From: Laetmonice hystrix
Taxonomy: Eukaryota
Reading direction: 5' to 3'
Assembly: GCA_965235115.1 (NCBI GenBank)
Contig: OZ249436.1
Coordinates: 37,636,001-37,700,000 of the forward strand
DNA length: 64,000 nt
The translations under genes were made by a program, and so were the position numbers. Positions 49,001-58,440 of the stretch are shown in pieces; within the stretch, counting starts at the first letter, position 1; each line of letters starts with the position of its first letter. Under the pieces are notes generated by a model. That model was not told the origin of the DNA. It searched no databases and saw only the letters and a list, made by a program, of their open reading frames with translations.

Positions 49001-52000
49001 TCAGACAGCAGATAGAGATCGTGGTATTCTCCCATAGATGTGATTTCAAATGCCTCCCACACCTGGTTTGCATGTGAGTAATCCTCTTCTGAAATGGACT
49101 CTCCTGTGAGTATATTATCAAATGCTGATCGTGATGGAAGCTGTGTGTCTTGGAGTTTAATAGGTGAATCGACGTAATCATAGGGGTAGACCCCCTTTCG
49201 CAGTAGCAATGGCATCTGACTTTCGTTGAAACGAGCTTGGAGATGTTTAAATTCTTTAATATTGGACACAAGTTTTCCTAAAGATGCAGGTAGGAACTGG
49301 TAACTGTCGATGAAATCCATGGAGCCCATAGAAAACGACACATATTTCTCCATGTTGTTTGGAATGCATTTGACCTCTTTGTCAGCTTTGCCTATTGCTT
49401 GCATAATCAGGTGGGCATCGTACCCCCTGAGGTTGTGAAAGATGACAGGGATGCGATTGCGCAATCTGTAGTTCACGTTACACTCGTTATGGGCTGCACC
49501 TCGGAACGTACCTGTGATGTGACAGTGATCCCTCACACGGTCGTCCCCCAGTGTGTTGTGACAGATGTGACAGTGCTCTGTAGTCTGGAACGCTCTCCAG
49601 TCCTCTACTGTCATGTGAAGTGGTTTGGGGTTTTTATACACGAAGTCTAAGCGGTCTTGTAATTTTAACATCTGTTGAATAAATGTGTCTGCTACGTCCG
49701 GGCCCCTGTAGATGACAGGATCTTGAGAGAAATCGTCGTTTAACCCCACCAATTTGTAGGCGAAACCTGACGGGACGTGTTGGGTCAGCTTGTGAGTATA
49801 AGAGTGAGATGGGTCAGGAGAGCACGTGTCTATTTTGGTGGCAAAACACTCAAAATCAGCGTAGATGACATGGGGCACTTTTAACTGCTTCGATATGTCT
49901 GTGTAGGAGAGCCACTTGTCTTCCTCTGCCGGGAGTTCAATCTTCTGAGGACCATGAATCTGACAGTATGGGATGTGATCTGTCAGTAGAGTTTCTTTGG
50001 TAAATCCGTGGAGACAGTAAGGACAAAAATACCGACGGTTGTTCTTTTTGGTTTGATCAAATAGCAACCTATTTAAGTTCTTAATCCAGCAGTAATGCGA
50101 CTTTCTCCCATCTGTGAGTATCAACAGATTCACGTGTCTCTCAAACCGTTCGGTAGTAATGCGTATGGGTATGACCTCTCCCTTCTCATAGCCGAACACG
50201 TTGATGGAGATCTGGTTCAGCCTTTCAAATTTGGTGATGTCGGGTATCTTCACCGGATATGCTATCCCTGTCATATCCAGTGTTTCCACCTTTTCCATAT
50301 ATTTTGTTGTGCGTTGAGGGTCCTTGTTCACAGGAAACAGGGCAGCCAATACGGACCAAAGGAAGCATTTCTTGTCCTTATTCTCCACATTGATGATGGC
50401 GTGCTTCGACCTGAGTTTATTTGGTAGAGGTATGTAACTGGATCCTCTCAGAGGTTGATACTGAGCCATGTGTAAGGTTAAGGCGATGATGTGATCTAGT
50501 ATCCAATTACTACCCTGTCGTTGGTAGTCGGTAAACGACTGGTGAATTTTCTTCACAGAATCCTGGAATCTGACCTCGATATCCTTAGGCTTTAGTGCAA
50601 TCTGGCACGTTCCTCTAAAATGGGGGGCCACCGTTTCTTTTTTCTTATCCTTTTTAAACTGGACTTGGATGGATAGGTACCACTTCACAGCACCTTTCTC
50701 TGCCTTCAGACGATCGACGATTTCATCCATATGTTTTCCGATAAAGATCATCGGATCTTTTTCATGAACAGCTTGAATACTTGCTGTTTTTAGTGAACCA
50801 TTCACTGCTGCTCGTTCAAAGAAGGTTTGGCATTCAGCATGACGCTTCCTATGTCGATTTAGCTCATCTTTTCTCTTGAAAGTGGAGCCACATGTCGGAC
50901 AGGTGAACCTCTTGTTGACTCCATGTGCAGTTTTCTTATGTCGTGTCAACCCCTTCTTATATTGAAAGCTTTTGTCACATTCTTCACAGGGAAAAGGCTT
51001 CATGTTGATGCTTTGACGTCTCAGGAAAGACTAAACAGGTAATGCATTGGATTATATTTTCATTGCGGGGGTAAGTCTATTATGACTGTTGGGGAGGGGG
51101 GGGGGCGGGTGTCCAATAACAATGAACAATCATCATTCTACCCTACATCGTTGTTCCTCAGTCAGCCTGTACACGCCCATCTGCTGGGTGTAAATGGACT
51201 CTTCTACTAACCTCTCTAAGTTAATATATGCATGCATGCATGCATGCTTGCATGCATAGCGGCTACATACAAGCACCCAGACGCACGCACCCCCATACCC
51301 CCCATGACCCAGTGACCCCAGGGTGACCCAGGGACTATAAATAGCCCCGACGTGGGGGGGGGGGGTCTTGTCGACTTGTTGGGTATTATAGCAGGGCATT
51401 TTCCGTCTGCAGGAGTCGACTTGTTATCCATAGCGCCGACGTGACCTAGTGACCACAGGGTGACCCCCAGGGTGACCCTAGGGTGACCCCAAAGACCCGC
51501 CTCTGCAGGTGGTCCATAGCGCTGACGTGACCCAGTGACCGCAGGGTGAACCCAGAGACCCGCCTCTGCAGCTGGTCCATAACGCTGACGTGACCCAGTG
51601 ACCGCAGGGTGACCCCAGGGTGACCCCAGAGACCCGCCTCTGCAGCTGGCGGGGCTCTACTGGCGGGGCGTTTTTGGCCCATTGGAATAACATAGGGTCA
51701 GGTGCGCCAAAACCAGCCTTTTCACACTACTGCTGTGAAACGCACCCGGGTAGTCTATCAGTAAATATAACCTGAAACAATTTAAAGGGAGGGCAAAGAT
51801 ATGTCCATAAACCTATCCAAAAACCAATAAAAACAACAACCAACGCCTAAATTGATGCCCTAATGAGAGTAGACACGACGGTGTATAGAGTTTGTCTCAG
51901 AGTCGCTTCATTAGTGAGAAAAAAAAACACCGAATATCTCATTTATGTCAAATGCAGACATGGACTGTTAATTTAGATAACGCCTTCGGCTACATAAATC

Positions 52001-55000
52001 AATAAATCTATACATTTGTATACCCATAGAAATGGAGAAATTCAACATTGCAGTTGCCTGTTGGCGCTATGAATCCATCGTTTTATGGCTGGTTTTTGAC
52101 AAAATAGTTGACCTGGCATTGAATTCCTCGGTTCATCGCCTTCCCGTTACCGGGCGTGGACCCTACTTCCTAATGAAGCGACACTGAGGCAAACTATTTG
52201 TACCTTCGTGTCCACTAACATTAGGGCATCAAGTTATATGTGGTTGTTTTTATTGGTTTTCGGACAGGCTTGCATTTTGGTTATATCGTTGCCCCCACTT
52301 TAAATATTAGGTCACCAGAATAACCTATACCTGCTTGGGACTTAGAGCAATCGGTGGATCTGCACAAGTTGTTCTGCCCGTCAATATGGCGGACGGGACA
52401 ATACTTCAGCCGGTACAGGTTAACTAAGGGTGGGGCTCTTCTGTCGTGTTGAGCCGGACAGTCATCCTGCTGTGGGATCCTAACTGTCATAGACGTCATG
52501 CCCACAGCCCGGACCAGAGCGCCTTTTGGTGGGTTGGGCGGACCTGGAGGTGGTCATGGTGGTTGTAGTTAATTTTTAAGTCGCTCTTTCCGCCCTTAAT
52601 AATGCAACCTTTTACAATAACGACATCCATGTGTACATCCGTGCTTGTCTTGAATAGATGTAGATTTTTAGATATTGGTCTGGTCGGGAGACAAAATACT
52701 CATGAACTAAAACCACGACCCATGGTTCACTATATCCCAGTTGGTCTCTAAGAATACTGCCCATACCTCCAGTTCTTTGGTAAATACATTTTGTCCACTT
52801 GATTCCACTTGTCCTTCCTCCGAGGGAAGATGCTGATACGCCAAACGCAAATGTCCAAACATCTCCAGACACGTTGAAGCGATGAGGAGGGTTCGTGATG
52901 TCCTTGATCCAATCAAAGTTGTCCTGTCACAGGGAGGTCACACCGATCCAAAATGCTTTCAAAATTCATTGAAATAAAATAACTGAAATAACTGAAATAC
53001 ATTATGGTCATGTGTAAAGTAAACATGTCGGACCTTAGTTTTTGATAAATGTCCATAAACCATAACGTAGGAGTGCCTCCCTCCATCCTTTCATGGAATA
53101 AAATAAGTGGTGATTAAAAAGACTTACGGGAATGAGGCAAATCTATACTTTTTATTGGAAGCTCTCCTGGACAACGTGTACATGCCGCCTACTCATGAAA
53201 ACAAGGGGTTCGGATCGCGTCACAGCCCCAAACCTACGTACGACCATCTTCCAGGAGAGGAAACTTTCGGCCTCACTCTCTCAACTGGGAATATTTTTCG
53301 GCACATGCACTAACCTTGCAAACTTTGTACCCCTTGCAAAAGTAGATCGTGTAGCGTCTGTTTGTCAAAGCGGTCCAATTCAGTTCCACGGTTCTTTTAT
53401 CAAACGCAATTGCGGTGAGATTCTGTGGTGTCTCTAATACTGAAAACAAGACCAAGGCATCAGGACAAGTAAACTCGACCTGCATGCAGAAGTTATCTAA
53501 GATTATGTTGGCCTATTACCTGCTTGATTCTTGCGTGAGTCTATTATGACAGGTGGTCACTGCTAACCAATGCCACGAACTCTTTCCTTTAATGTACGTG
53601 TATATAGATTAATTCTCGGCCTAAAGACTTGGCGTCGGGAGGGGGAAAGACCAACTCTGATGTCCCCAATGGTTTCAAATTGTTGACAGTACTGTTGCCA
53701 AATCTATAAATCCTATTCCTCACTGAGTTGGGAGGGGGGCAGTTGAAGGGTTGCTGTCCGGTTCCCGGCGCCTATGACCAATAGCCTAAGTTTTTACAAT
53801 GTACACAGCTATCCTTTTAGTGCTGCAGCAGGAGGTCTCAGGAAGAGGAACGGCACTGGGCTTTTAATAAATGTTGCCATATCTCATTTTGCTTCCAGGT
53901 TACGGAAATGCATGATGCCAAACTGGTAACTTATTACAAACAACAAGGTCAGAGGTCAAAGTTCATCAAACTATAGTTTGTAAACATACTTTGTTTGTTG
54001 GCCGGAATGAGAATGAACTCGTTAGCTGATGCATTCCCGGCTGAGTCATTGGGAGCCACGTGCACCCGACAACTGCTGGCTGTGAGGTCAAGGTTCGCGT
54101 GTATCTCAGGGTAATGCACCGGTAACGTCGCTAACTTCCCCGTGTCGTCACACGTGTAATATATGGTATAATTACGCGGCATGTAGTGACAACCCTAGAA
54201 ATGCAAGAAACAAACAAAATGGCGAGCAAGTATGTATCTTTACAAAAAAAGGCTTCAGTTCACACATCCACACAGCAATGACATAGAATTAAATATCATG
54301 CTGTATTTCTGATGTATTACAGATGGCGGACATTTAATAGAATCACATAGAGAAATTTGCTAACTCTTTAATTCACTTACATTCCAGAAGATGCGGACCT
54401 GTTTGCTATCAGAGTCACTCGACAAATGTTCGAACCCATCCACCTCCGTAACTGCAAGTATTATTTGATAGGCTTATTTATCTTTTTTGACAGTTATGTT
54501 ATTCAACCAGGTAAAAACCATCACTTTGCGCTGGGGCGGGTTAATAATTTTAAGAAATGATGTTTGGTTATGATTTTTTGTCTTTAAGCTAAGGGTGACC
54601 ATTCGAATAAAGAGCAGTTAAACAAGTTGCCTTTGCCTGCTGTAGGTCGGGTCAATGCTGTGATCTCGACGGAGTCGCCCCAAGTCTCGCTCTCGCAAGC
54701 AGCTGCGCGGAGGCCGACCACGCATTTCGCGCATGTCGGTAGATTCGGTATCGTCACTTCCGTTTTACTAGCATCAAACTCTTTGGATATTCCCTTGCAA
54801 GTATACGTCACTTTATAGCTCCAAGTGTATTTATCTTCAGGGCTAAGCCATCGGACTAATATCGACGTAGGCCTAGTGTCTACGTAAGCCCATGTCAGAT
54901 TTCGCACCCCTCGTGGCTTTTCTAAAATAATAAAGAAAACAATACCTAGGCCCCTGTTACGAGGCGGATGGATCAGCTATAACCTCCCTCATAATGTTAA

Positions 55001-56933
55001 TACTACTTTTAATAAGTCTCTATTTGCCAGTTGATAATAATATATAAAATCCTGGTGGTCAACCATAACAAAACGGCGTTACCCAGAGTGAAAGAGCGCT
55101 TGGTGGTGTTTTCGATGCCCGTTTCCCATATTCGATGGAGTGAAACATTGATTGGTGGTGGACAACCCACATCCGTCACATTGATGATATCAACAAGGGG
55201 CATGCTACAGTTCAACTTCCAGGACCCACTACTCGTAGAGTACTTGCATTGACCGTGTTCAGTCATAGTTGTGCAGGTCTTTCCCATCCAATCGCAAGTA
55301 GCCACCGTTTTGTTCATTCTGTTTGAAACGAAGAAAAGGTTTCTAACCTTTCTGTATCATTCTCCAATCGAGAGAATTCCCACCTCCTCGTGCGACATTC
55401 GGAATTGATGTCAAAGTTGACACGTAAATCAAAATCAAAATTCCGAGTAGAGTGGTTAAAAGACGATGAGAAAGGCAACTGTTATTCAAGATTTGTTTCA
55501 CATACCCGTACGAGTTGCCCCATTTTAACATTACAGTTGTCCATGTGATGGCATGCATCTGCTCTTTTTCTGTCCATCCGATATTTAGCCATTCTCCTAT
55601 AGTTGCTTTTATGTTTTCAGGAGCGTAGATAGTATCTGCGAGATGAAAGACTGTGAGCAGCACCGATATTATAGACACGGGTCCAGGGGTGTAGCCGGGG
55701 GGTCAAAGGGGGCCTTGTCCCCCAACCCAAACTTGCATAATGTATTTAGCTTAGTTGCCGGACCCCCCCCCCCCCAACAGAAAATCCTGGATACACCACA
55801 GGATGACAATGTTGCAGAGAGACCTCGCAAATATGTATTTGATTTCAAACGAGTTTGAATAATAAATTTCGTAAGACAGGAATGCGATGTAATTGAATCA
55901 GTTTTCAGTTTTGCTGCACCATGTACTTAGTAAATGTAATTGAATCAGTTTTCAGTTTTGCTACACCATGTACTTAGTAAAGGTAGAAGCCGCCCCTGTG
56001 ATAAGGCAGGCCTAAATGTATGACGTTGGCCACCACCTAATTCAGGAAAATCATGAAGTCGACTCACCCATCAAACGTAGCGTACATTTTACACTTCTTC
56101 CGTTTATCCTGAGGCATGTGTTATAGTAAATTGATTTTTCCGGTATACCTTCTATGAATTCTCTCGAGAATTTCAGTTTTATGGTTTTGCTGTCCTCAAT
56201 TTCAGTCTTCAATAGCGAGCTGTTGCAGCTCTCTATCTTGATTTCCTTTTCGCCCAACGTATATCTTGTGCTTTCCGGTTCAGTTCGTCGCACCATTATT
56301 AAATTGCTGCAAAATTCTAGAAGATAGCGGGCCACAGGTCCATAACTCATTATAAGTTGTGTGCGTATACTTCTCAGTTTGTATGAAAGAGGAGTAGGTC
56401 TAGGACTACAGAATTGATCCCGTCATTTCGACACCCCCTCAAAAAATGTAACTCTACACGGTAACACCAAACATATGATGTCGGCTTTACACGGTATATC
56501 TTATTGAACAGTAATCCATTGTCCATTAGAACTTCAACATGCGACACCATACATATTTTCTGACTACTTAAAAGCTACTGACTTAAAAGCTTTAAGCCAT
56601 TCAATGTCATTTCTAATGCGTTTCAGTTTGGACGCGCGTAGAATTTGACTGAAACACTGCAGGCAGCCTACCGATTCACTCACCATGTGCAGTGACAGCC
56701 CGTGCGGGCAAACGTCCAGGGCAAATGCCTCCTCCCCCCCAAAATTACTGTTTCCCCGATCTACTCCCATTCTCTTGAATTTTTAGTTTGCATGGCGCCT
56801 CAACTATCACTCCCTTGTTTAATACATGTATATCTAATATTGCTACATATCTGTGTGCCCCAAGGATGATAAACCTACCTGCTGTCACAAAGAAGAGTTG
56901 TAAACCCACGAGCTTTTTGGTGAATGTGTTCAT
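43033..56933 (-). CDS. Spliced host gene (partial): Domeless/gp130-like type I cytokine receptor ectodomain with FN3 repeats. Exons 56933-56879, 56316-56068, 55635-55506, 55318-55083, 54921-54637, 54451-54381, 54194-53990, 53439-53315, 52923-52767, 52543-52331, 43188-43033
   Basis: Phase-consistent splicing read by hand (one GC donor). FN3 patterns: PRGVRNL..SILVRW..YKVTY..IPNL; TPQNLTA..VELNW..YTIYFCK..CK|DNFDW..FGVSA..TSGIKWTKCIY (resembles the Domeless-type FN3); IPGLAGGTTYRVLV. The first (signal-peptide-like) exon is less certain, and no TM or cytoplasmic exon was found in the window. Confidence 0.75.
43416..43871 (+). repeat. Left TIR
   Basis: Reverse complement of 51278-51731. The outer ~340 bp appear identical, with a few inner mismatches. 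Three internal subrepeats are rich in GGGTCACCC. Confidence 0.93.
43963..44019 (-). ncRNA. Candidate minimal HDV-like (CPEB3-type) self-cleaving ribozyme
   Basis: RNA GGUGCUC-CUU-UGGGGCG-GCC-UUCCCGU-GGC-GAGUACC-GU-UCUCGA-CUAA-CGGCCCCA gives a 7-bp P1, 3-bp P3, L3 UUCCCGU, GU after P1, a stub P4, J4/2 CUAA and P2 UGGGGC/GCCCCA. Confidence 0.7.
44048..44286. repeat. Five copies of a TACAGGGTGAGTCCACCTAATG-containing repeat (~50-bp period)
   Basis: Core at ~44063, 44113, 44163, 44201 and 44255. Confidence 0.9.
44548..45621 (-). CDS. Retroviral-like (RVE/c-) integrase with C-terminal chromodomain
   Basis: YYDPKHPASFGG N-terminus; DDE motifs WDADLIDF, LRSDKGQEF and AERVIK; chromodomain WKVENII...YVKWKYWPQKFNSWV. 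Confidence 0.95.
   Translation of the reverse strand: MDAYLTSLYYDPKHPASFGGASKLYKATLTDGKQYTLHSIEEWLRKQESYTLHKPVSRRFERSKVVVSGIDDQWDADLIDFTRLSKFNNGVRFVLVVIDVFSRYLWLKPLKTKTGSEVAHAFEVVLAEGRRPKYLRSDKGQEFRAKIVQVMFKKNEVHHFVTQNEVKANYAERVIKSVKSRIYRFFTAKQTYNYVDILTDIAESYNHTYHRSIKMSPADVSKENETILWWNLYWPYLSKKRARAFKYDMGDYVRISYLRNPFSREYDEKWTGEVFKIFKRFHRKGLPLYKLIDFQNDEVTGTFYQEELQKVTSNDIWKVENIIRHKGKGKNKMVYVKWKYWPQKFNSWVKQSDLQNV
45681..47432 (-). CDS. A32/FtsK-like DNA packaging ATPase fused to C2H2 zinc fingers, a GVTP repeat and an acidic tail
   Basis: Walker A IVSGPTACGKTT, Walker B LIVLDDL, and SHHRNLSVIVLSQNL; fingers CQAC..H....H and CEDC..H. ATG at 47432 was chosen; the ORF is open from 47504. Confidence 0.88.
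   Translation of the reverse strand: MVRVHVCQACHMTFTRHSNLVRHMSRFHTTGQQTSTGLPTPSGANPGVTPGVTPVGVTPVGVTPGVTPGVTPGVTPGVTPGVTPGVTPGVTPGVTPGVTPGVTPGVTPVGVTPVGVTPVGVTPEQESEQVLSNQDMERHPFQHTFTMIVSGPTACGKTTFVKNMLQQMHISPKPQRIIWLYKRWQPLYTDIVNTVRPCVEFIQGIPHDLDQDSFIDPSARNLIVLDDLMSSAAKDTQVTDLFTEGSHHRNLSVIVLSQNLYFNKDPTQRRNAHYLVLFKSPGDKQQVMTFGRQMYPSNTVYFMEAFEDATREPYGYLLVDLKPTTPDSQRLIKSSVFGHSPQLPLGRRPAHITPRLQQTTPHHTSHMAEEKKPTTMNTYACEDCGQLFSNMYDLHRHIRKWCPDNNDDLEPVNKKKRVDLNGEWLSTMEETDKEEVDDDVETETEDSIADYPSMIELWEKAREENSETLENEVTRLTENGVAIDEAKKRANRLVRGDDIGKFFTLYRHFLETALDVRHNHVTEAILDHAESLVKGGMSTKAAIKQALTKRKLEFEEVFESDEEESDEEEEESDNEEEETDKEV
47065..47296. repeat. Quasi-palindromic 12/15-bp coding minisatellite (GGAGTGACTCC)
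   Basis: Tandem GGAGTGACTCC(G/C) units encode GVTP on both strands. Confidence 0.95.
47482..51003 (-). CDS. pPolB: Protein-primed family B DNA polymerase with two N-terminal C2H2 fingers, an OTU-like protease region and an endonuclease VII-like insertion
   Basis: Exonuclease motifs VIYADFEC and IFHNLRGYDAHL; polymerase motifs YLDANNLYGWAM, KLMNNSVFGK and FTDTDSL; CHIC..RVRDHCHITG.FRGAAH..CN; DKKCFLWS...SHYCWI. Confidence 0.96.
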   Translation of the reverse strand: MKPFPCEECDKSFQYKKGLTRHKKTAHGVNKRFTCPTCGSTFKRKDELNRHRKRHAECQTFFERAAVNGSLKTASIQAVHEKDPMIFIGKHMDEIVDRLKAEKGAVKWYLSIQVQFKKDKKKETVAPHFRGTCQIALKPKDIEVRFQDSVKKIHQSFTDYQRQGSNWILDHIIALTLHMAQYQPLRGSSYIPLPNKLRSKHAIINVENKDKKCFLWSVLAALFPVNKDPQRTTKYMEKVETLDMTGIAYPVKIPDITKFERLNQISINVFGYEKGEVIPIRITTERFERHVNLLILTDGRKSHYCWIKNLNRLLFDQTKKNNRRYFCPYCLHGFTKETLLTDHIPYCQIHGPQKIELPAEEDKWLSYTDISKQLKVPHVIYADFECFATKIDTCSPDPSHSYTHKLTQHVPSGFAYKLVGLNDDFSQDPVIYRGPDVADTFIQQMLKLQDRLDFVYKNPKPLHMTVEDWRAFQTTEHCHICHNTLGDDRVRDHCHITGTFRGAAHNECNVNYRLRNRIPVIFHNLRGYDAHLIMQAIGKADKEVKCIPNNMEKYVSFSMGSMDFIDSYQFLPASLGKLVSNIKEFKHLQARFNESQMPLLLRKGVYPYDYVDSPIKLQDTQLPSRSAFDNILTGESISEEDYSHANQVWEAFEITSMGEYHDLYLLSDTLQLADVFENFRVVCLTYYELDPAHFYTSPGLAWQACLKMTDQKLELLTDLDMHLFIEKGLRGGISMISNRYAKANNPYLPDFDPNSPTKYIMYLDANNLYGWAMSEPLPTHGFYWTDPVDVTTVPDDSKEGYILEVDLDYPSHLHDLHSDYPLAPEKLTVTADMLSSYCQTLNHSSGSVGKLVPNLQSKTRYVLHYRNLKLYLSLGMVLTKVHRVLAFQQKPWLKDYIDFNTEKRKAATNDFQKDFFKLMNNSVFGKTMENLRKRIDVKLVNSEKKVKKLACKPTFHAFKLFNEDLAAVHMRKAKLKLNRPIYVGFCILDLSKTLMYDFHYSYILQKYQEKAKLLFTDTDSLCYEITTADIYMDMAADACHFDTSDYPQDHFLHSTVNKKVLGKMKDECAGVPPSEFVGLRSKMYSLLYAGKEKKTAKGISRAVVKKNQLRHKDYRETLFDMVTKMNTMAQIRSFNHELYTVCLNKTSLSPYDDKRYILDNGCDTLAYGHYKTQ
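51278..51731 (-). repeat. Right TIR
   Basis: Reverse complement of the left TIR. Confidence 0.93.
51782..52303. mobile_element. Old MITE with TTAA ends (Kolobok/piggyBac-like)
   Basis: TTAAAGGGAGGGCAAAGATAT...ATATCGTTGCCCCCACTTTAA, with ~130-bp imperfect inverted arms. Confidence 0.65.
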
Positions 56934-58440
56934 AATTCTTTGTGTGCCATCCTAAAAGTAAAGGCCAAAACACTTATTACAATGATCTAAACTGCAGGTG
57001 ACTTGCAGAATTCCAGAGCTGTCCTATTGCCCCGTAGTGCTCCGGAGGACAATTTTTCCGTAGGACTATGTCCTCCCAGTCTTGACCCGGATCAACCACC
57101 ACAGTACTCCCCCCCCCCTACCCCCTACACACACGCCTTTTTTTAGGCTGCAGGTCGGCAACCTCTCCCAACGAAGATCGCCCAACTATACTGATGGTCT
57201 GAGGGGACAAAGGAGGGCAGTGACCTCAGTAGAATGCCGACTGTGGTTGTGTTGGATCGTCAGATCAAAGACTCATATAATGTCTACTCTTCATTGCGAC
57301 AAGATGGCCAGACATGCAGGGTCTGCATAACCTCGGCCCATCACCACCAGCCAAGGTTTCCTGAGCGAATTTGGATTATGATATATCACACACCAACTAG
57401 AATCCAACGAGAATAATATAGTAGTGTTTACATACCAGTATGACTTTAGTTGAGCTGTTAGCAAATTACACAGGTACTTCGTCTCGGCCTAAGCTATGTA
57501 CAGTAGTTGTATAGATGACGGCCGTACCGTGTAATTATGCATGTATATCTCCTTCCCTATAGCTGTCCTCTTCCATGCTCTTCTCTGGTATTGTCAATCA
57601 GATCTGGAGGTTCAGTATCTTTGGGTATTATGGTTCTCATAGTAGCCTACCAGGGCCGGGGGCAGACTTGGCAGCACATGACTATAAGTTATACCCGTTA
57701 TCTTGATGATAACTGCTAAACGGAAGTTCCCCACATGACCCCTATTATAATATATGCTTCTAGTATTTGTCCTTCGCGCTATAAAAACAAGTCCTTCAAG
57801 AATCAAGAGATAAATAAAACACCAACTTGGGCTAGTGGTAGCTATGAGGACTGATAGTTATAGGCTTATCTTCGGATATCCTATTATTACACGAAAAATG
57901 ACAAATAGACCTATAGACAGATCAACCTACCCTACGGCAATAGGTCTATAACTTTAAGCAGTACATATTTGCGCCTTATCAAATCCAGCAGTATTTTTAC
58001 CTTTATTGGGTGATCTCAAGATAAGAAAGGGTAATTAATAACCAGCCCTGAAGTAGATATGATCTTCATGTATTTCCACTTATTGCCTAAAGATGTTTCA
58101 GGACGCCTTAATCCGCCACATTAGTCAGTGTCACCCCCGCCCCCAATCAGGCAGACCTCGCCTTGTTGACACAGACCAGGATCCTAACGCCCGTCAACTT
58201 GATAATAGTATTGTAATATCCTTGCCTCTATCTCTGCTGCCATTAAACGAACAAAACTACTACGGTACTCATGTCCGGGTTGACCGTTCCGTTGTCGCGT
58301 TACTACTGCAGTTCACTTCCCGCTCTCTTCGGGCGAGAACAAGCCCGTAGCCAGAATTTCGGTTTGGCAGTGGACTGAATAATTGAATTGAATTGAAAAA
58401 GGGCGTACCCTTCTGTTTCATGCTGCCTAGTGCTTTTCTA

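Larger units (their letters stand above)
43416..51731 (-). mobile_element. Compact Polinton/Maverick-type self-synthesizing element (8316 bp)
   Basis: Termini AGTAGTGTG...CACACTACT; perfect 6-bp TSD GCTGTG (43410-43415, 51732-51737); ~455-bp TIRs; pPolB, ATPase and RVE integrase genes. Confidence 0.95.

Noticed and set aside
51732..51771. Possible host exon interrupted by the Polinton
   Set aside because: The required phase hits a stop after three codons. Exon 52543-52331 splices in phase to 43188, so the insertion is intronic.
53127..53290. Extra receptor exon
   Set aside because: The required phase-0 frame from the acceptor near 53285 hits a stop almost at once, and the other frames also contain stops. 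Exon 53439-53315 joins 52923-52767 in frame without it.
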